Assembly (NCBI GenBank): GCA_964250815.1
Contig: CAXUIQ010000001.1
Coordinates: 1-48,111 of the forward strand
Direction of reading: 5' to 3'
DNA from: an uncultured Acetobacteraceae bacterium
Lineage (GTDB): Bacteria; Pseudomonadota; Alphaproteobacteria; Acetobacterales; Acetobacteraceae
DNA: 48,111 bases
Part shown: positions 46,661-48,111 of the stretch, one piece after another
How the letters are laid out: each line of letters begins with the position of its first letter
Numbering within the stretch: position 1 is the first letter of the stretch
Program-made: the position numbers and the translations under genes
Notes under the pieces: model-generated
The model's input: the letters and a program-made list of their open reading frames with translations, nothing else
Told to the model about the DNA's origin: nothing
The model's database searches: none

Positions 46661-48001
46661 TCACTCCTCCGCCAGGTTGTCCCGCAGCGTGCGGCCCTTG
46701 TATTCCGTGCGGAACCGGCCGCGGCGCTGCAGCTCCGGCACCAGCAGGTCCACGATGGCGGCAAGGTCGCCCGGCAGGGAGACGATGTGCCCCAGCATGA
46801 AGCCGCCGCGGCTGCCGGTCGCCTCGAACACCTCTTCCAGCCGGTCGGCAAGCTGCGCGGGGGTGCCGGCGACCGTGGTGTCCCAAGCGGTGGCATGGCG
46901 CAGGCCGTGGTGGAAGAACTCCTCCCGGGTGATCTCCGTGTCCGGGCCGAGCCGCAGCGACAGCTCGTGAACGAAGCCGACCGGCGAAGCGTTGGCAGCC
47001 ACGATCTCCGCGTGCAGTTGGCGGAGGGTGAAGCGGGCCGGCAGGGTCGAGAAGTCGTAGGCCGCGTTGTAGGACAGGTAGGCGCCCACCGCCTCCGCCG
47101 GCACGGCGGCGAGCAGGCGGTCGCGCTGCGCCTGGGCTTCGCGCCCGGTTTCCGCCACCACGATGGGCGTTTGCCACAGGATGCCGACCGCGGACGGGTC
47201 GCGGCCCAGCGCCAGGAGGGCCTCGTCCAGGGCGGCACGCTGCCTGACCTGGAGCGGCAGCGGCATGTCGGCGCCGAACACGTGGGCGGCGACGTAGGCG
47301 GAGGCGCGCACTCCGCGGGGCGAGCCGCCGGCCTGGATCAGCACCGGGCGGCCCTGGGGCGAGGGCGGGGTGTTGAGCGGACCCTGCACCTTGAAGAAGC
47401 GTCCGGTGTGCGACACGTCGCGCACCTTGGCCGGGTCGCCGACGCGCCCGGTGGCGTGGTCCCACAGCATGGCGTCCGGCTCCACGCTGTCCCACAGCTT
47501 GCGGCACACATCGACGAACTCCTCCATGCGGTCGTAGCGGCTGGCGTGCTCCATCAGCTCGTCGAAGCCGAAGTTGGCCGCGTCCGCCGGGCGGGTGGAG
47601 GTGACGAGGTTCATGGCGATCCGCCCGCCGGTCACGTGGTCCAGCGCGTTCATCAGCCGCGCAGTGTAGTAGGGGTGCATGAAGGTGGAGGAGTAGGTCA
47701 GCCCGTAGCCGACGTGCCGCGTCACCCGCGACATGGCGACCATGATCGGGCTGAGGTCCTGGCGCGGCCAGTTCATGCCCCATTCCACGGCGGCGTCGCG
47801 CGAGCCGCGCCAGGTGTCCGGCACGCCGGTGCCGTCGCCGGAGAACACCAGGTCGAGGCAGCCGCGCTCGGCGATGCGGGCCACGTCCTCGTACATGGAC
47901 ACGTCGGGGAAGGTGCGGCCCGGCCAGGCGCCCGGCATGCGCCACCGCCCGCCCATGTGGGTGTAGGAGAAGTCGAAGCCGAGGTGCATGCGCGGCCTCA
48001 T
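46661..48001 (-). CDS. NtaA/DmoA/SnaA-family FMN-dependent monooxygenase
   Basis: ARIAERG.LD.VF..D, PYYTAR...LDHVTGGRIAMN.VTS, H.GRFFKVQGPLN.PPSPQGRPVLIQAGGS and VPELQRRGRFRTEY.GRTLRDNL. Confidence 0.93.
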   Translation of the reverse strand: MRPRMHLGFDFSYTHMGGRWRMPGAWPGRTFPDVSMYEDVARIAERGCLDLVFSGDGTGVPDTWRGSRDAAVEWGMNWPRQDLSPIMVAMSRVTRHVGYGLTYSSTFMHPYYTARLMNALDHVTGGRIAMNLVTSTRPADAANFGFDELMEHASRYDRMEEFVDVCRKLWDSVEPDAMLWDHATGRVGDPAKVRDVSHTGRFFKVQGPLNTPPSPQGRPVLIQAGGSPRGVRASAYVAAHVFGADMPLPLQVRQRAALDEALLALGRDPSAVGILWQTPIVVAETGREAQAQRDRLLAAVPAEAVGAYLSYNAAYDFSTLPARFTLRQLHAEIVAANASPVGFVHELSLRLGPDTEITREEFFHHGLRHATAWDTTVAGTPAQLADRLEEVFEATGSRGGFMLGHIVSLPGDLAAIVDLLVPELQRRGRFRTEYKGRTLRDNLAEE

Positions 48002-48111
48002 GCCCGCAGGTTCTCCCGCAGCGTCCGGCCCGCGTACTCCGTCCGGAACACGCCGCGCTTCTGCAGCAGCGGCACCCCGGCGCGGCCGAACTGCTCGAAC
48101 ATGCCGGGGAA
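47998..48111 (-). CDS. 3' end of a second NtaA/DmoA-family monooxygenase (partial, runs off the window)
   Basis: Manual translation FPGMFEQFGRAGVPLLQKRGVFRTEYAGRTLRENLRA*, with its TGA overlapping the ATG of the next gene; not in the ORF track. Confidence 0.85.
   Translation of the reverse strand, partial: FPGMFEQFGRAGVPLLQKRGVFRTEYAGRTLRENLRA

Overview
GC-rich bacterial chromosomal window. The gene content and style suggest an alphaproteobacterium, possibly Acetobacteraceae-like (inference). It opens with the 3' part of a tRNA-Ser(GGA) and an orphan membrane/coiled-coil protein whose C-terminal domain resembles DotF/IcmG. A minus-strand poxB-lutABC run follows, continuing into an ABC-2 pair and an LMW-phosphatase. 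Next come an AT-rich leader and a 10-gene glycan cluster: ExoF/Wza-like export protein, 2 GT2, 2 GT4, a GT-C-like polytopic protein, a DUF1616-like protein, a CE4 deacetylase, a secreted GH5 mannanase-like enzyme and an O-acetyltransferase. No recognisable flippase, Wzc or priming transferase is present. The rest comprises: a sugar/polyol ABC transporter with an SDR; a BKACE pseudogene abutting an orphan livF; EmrAB-like efflux; a cNMP-domain TrxR-like flavoprotein; a GH15 enzyme; a C-P lyase core phnGHIJKL with divergent phnF and a visible operator/promoter but no phnM/CDE; a KefC-like antiporter; a hybrid histidine kinase; a MATE pseudogene; and tandem NtaA/DmoA monooxygenases. No integrase, transposase or CRISPR array was seen. 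The best candidate for an undescribed system is the glycan cluster at 10.4-21.9 kb. All family calls are by motif recognition from memory, not database searches.
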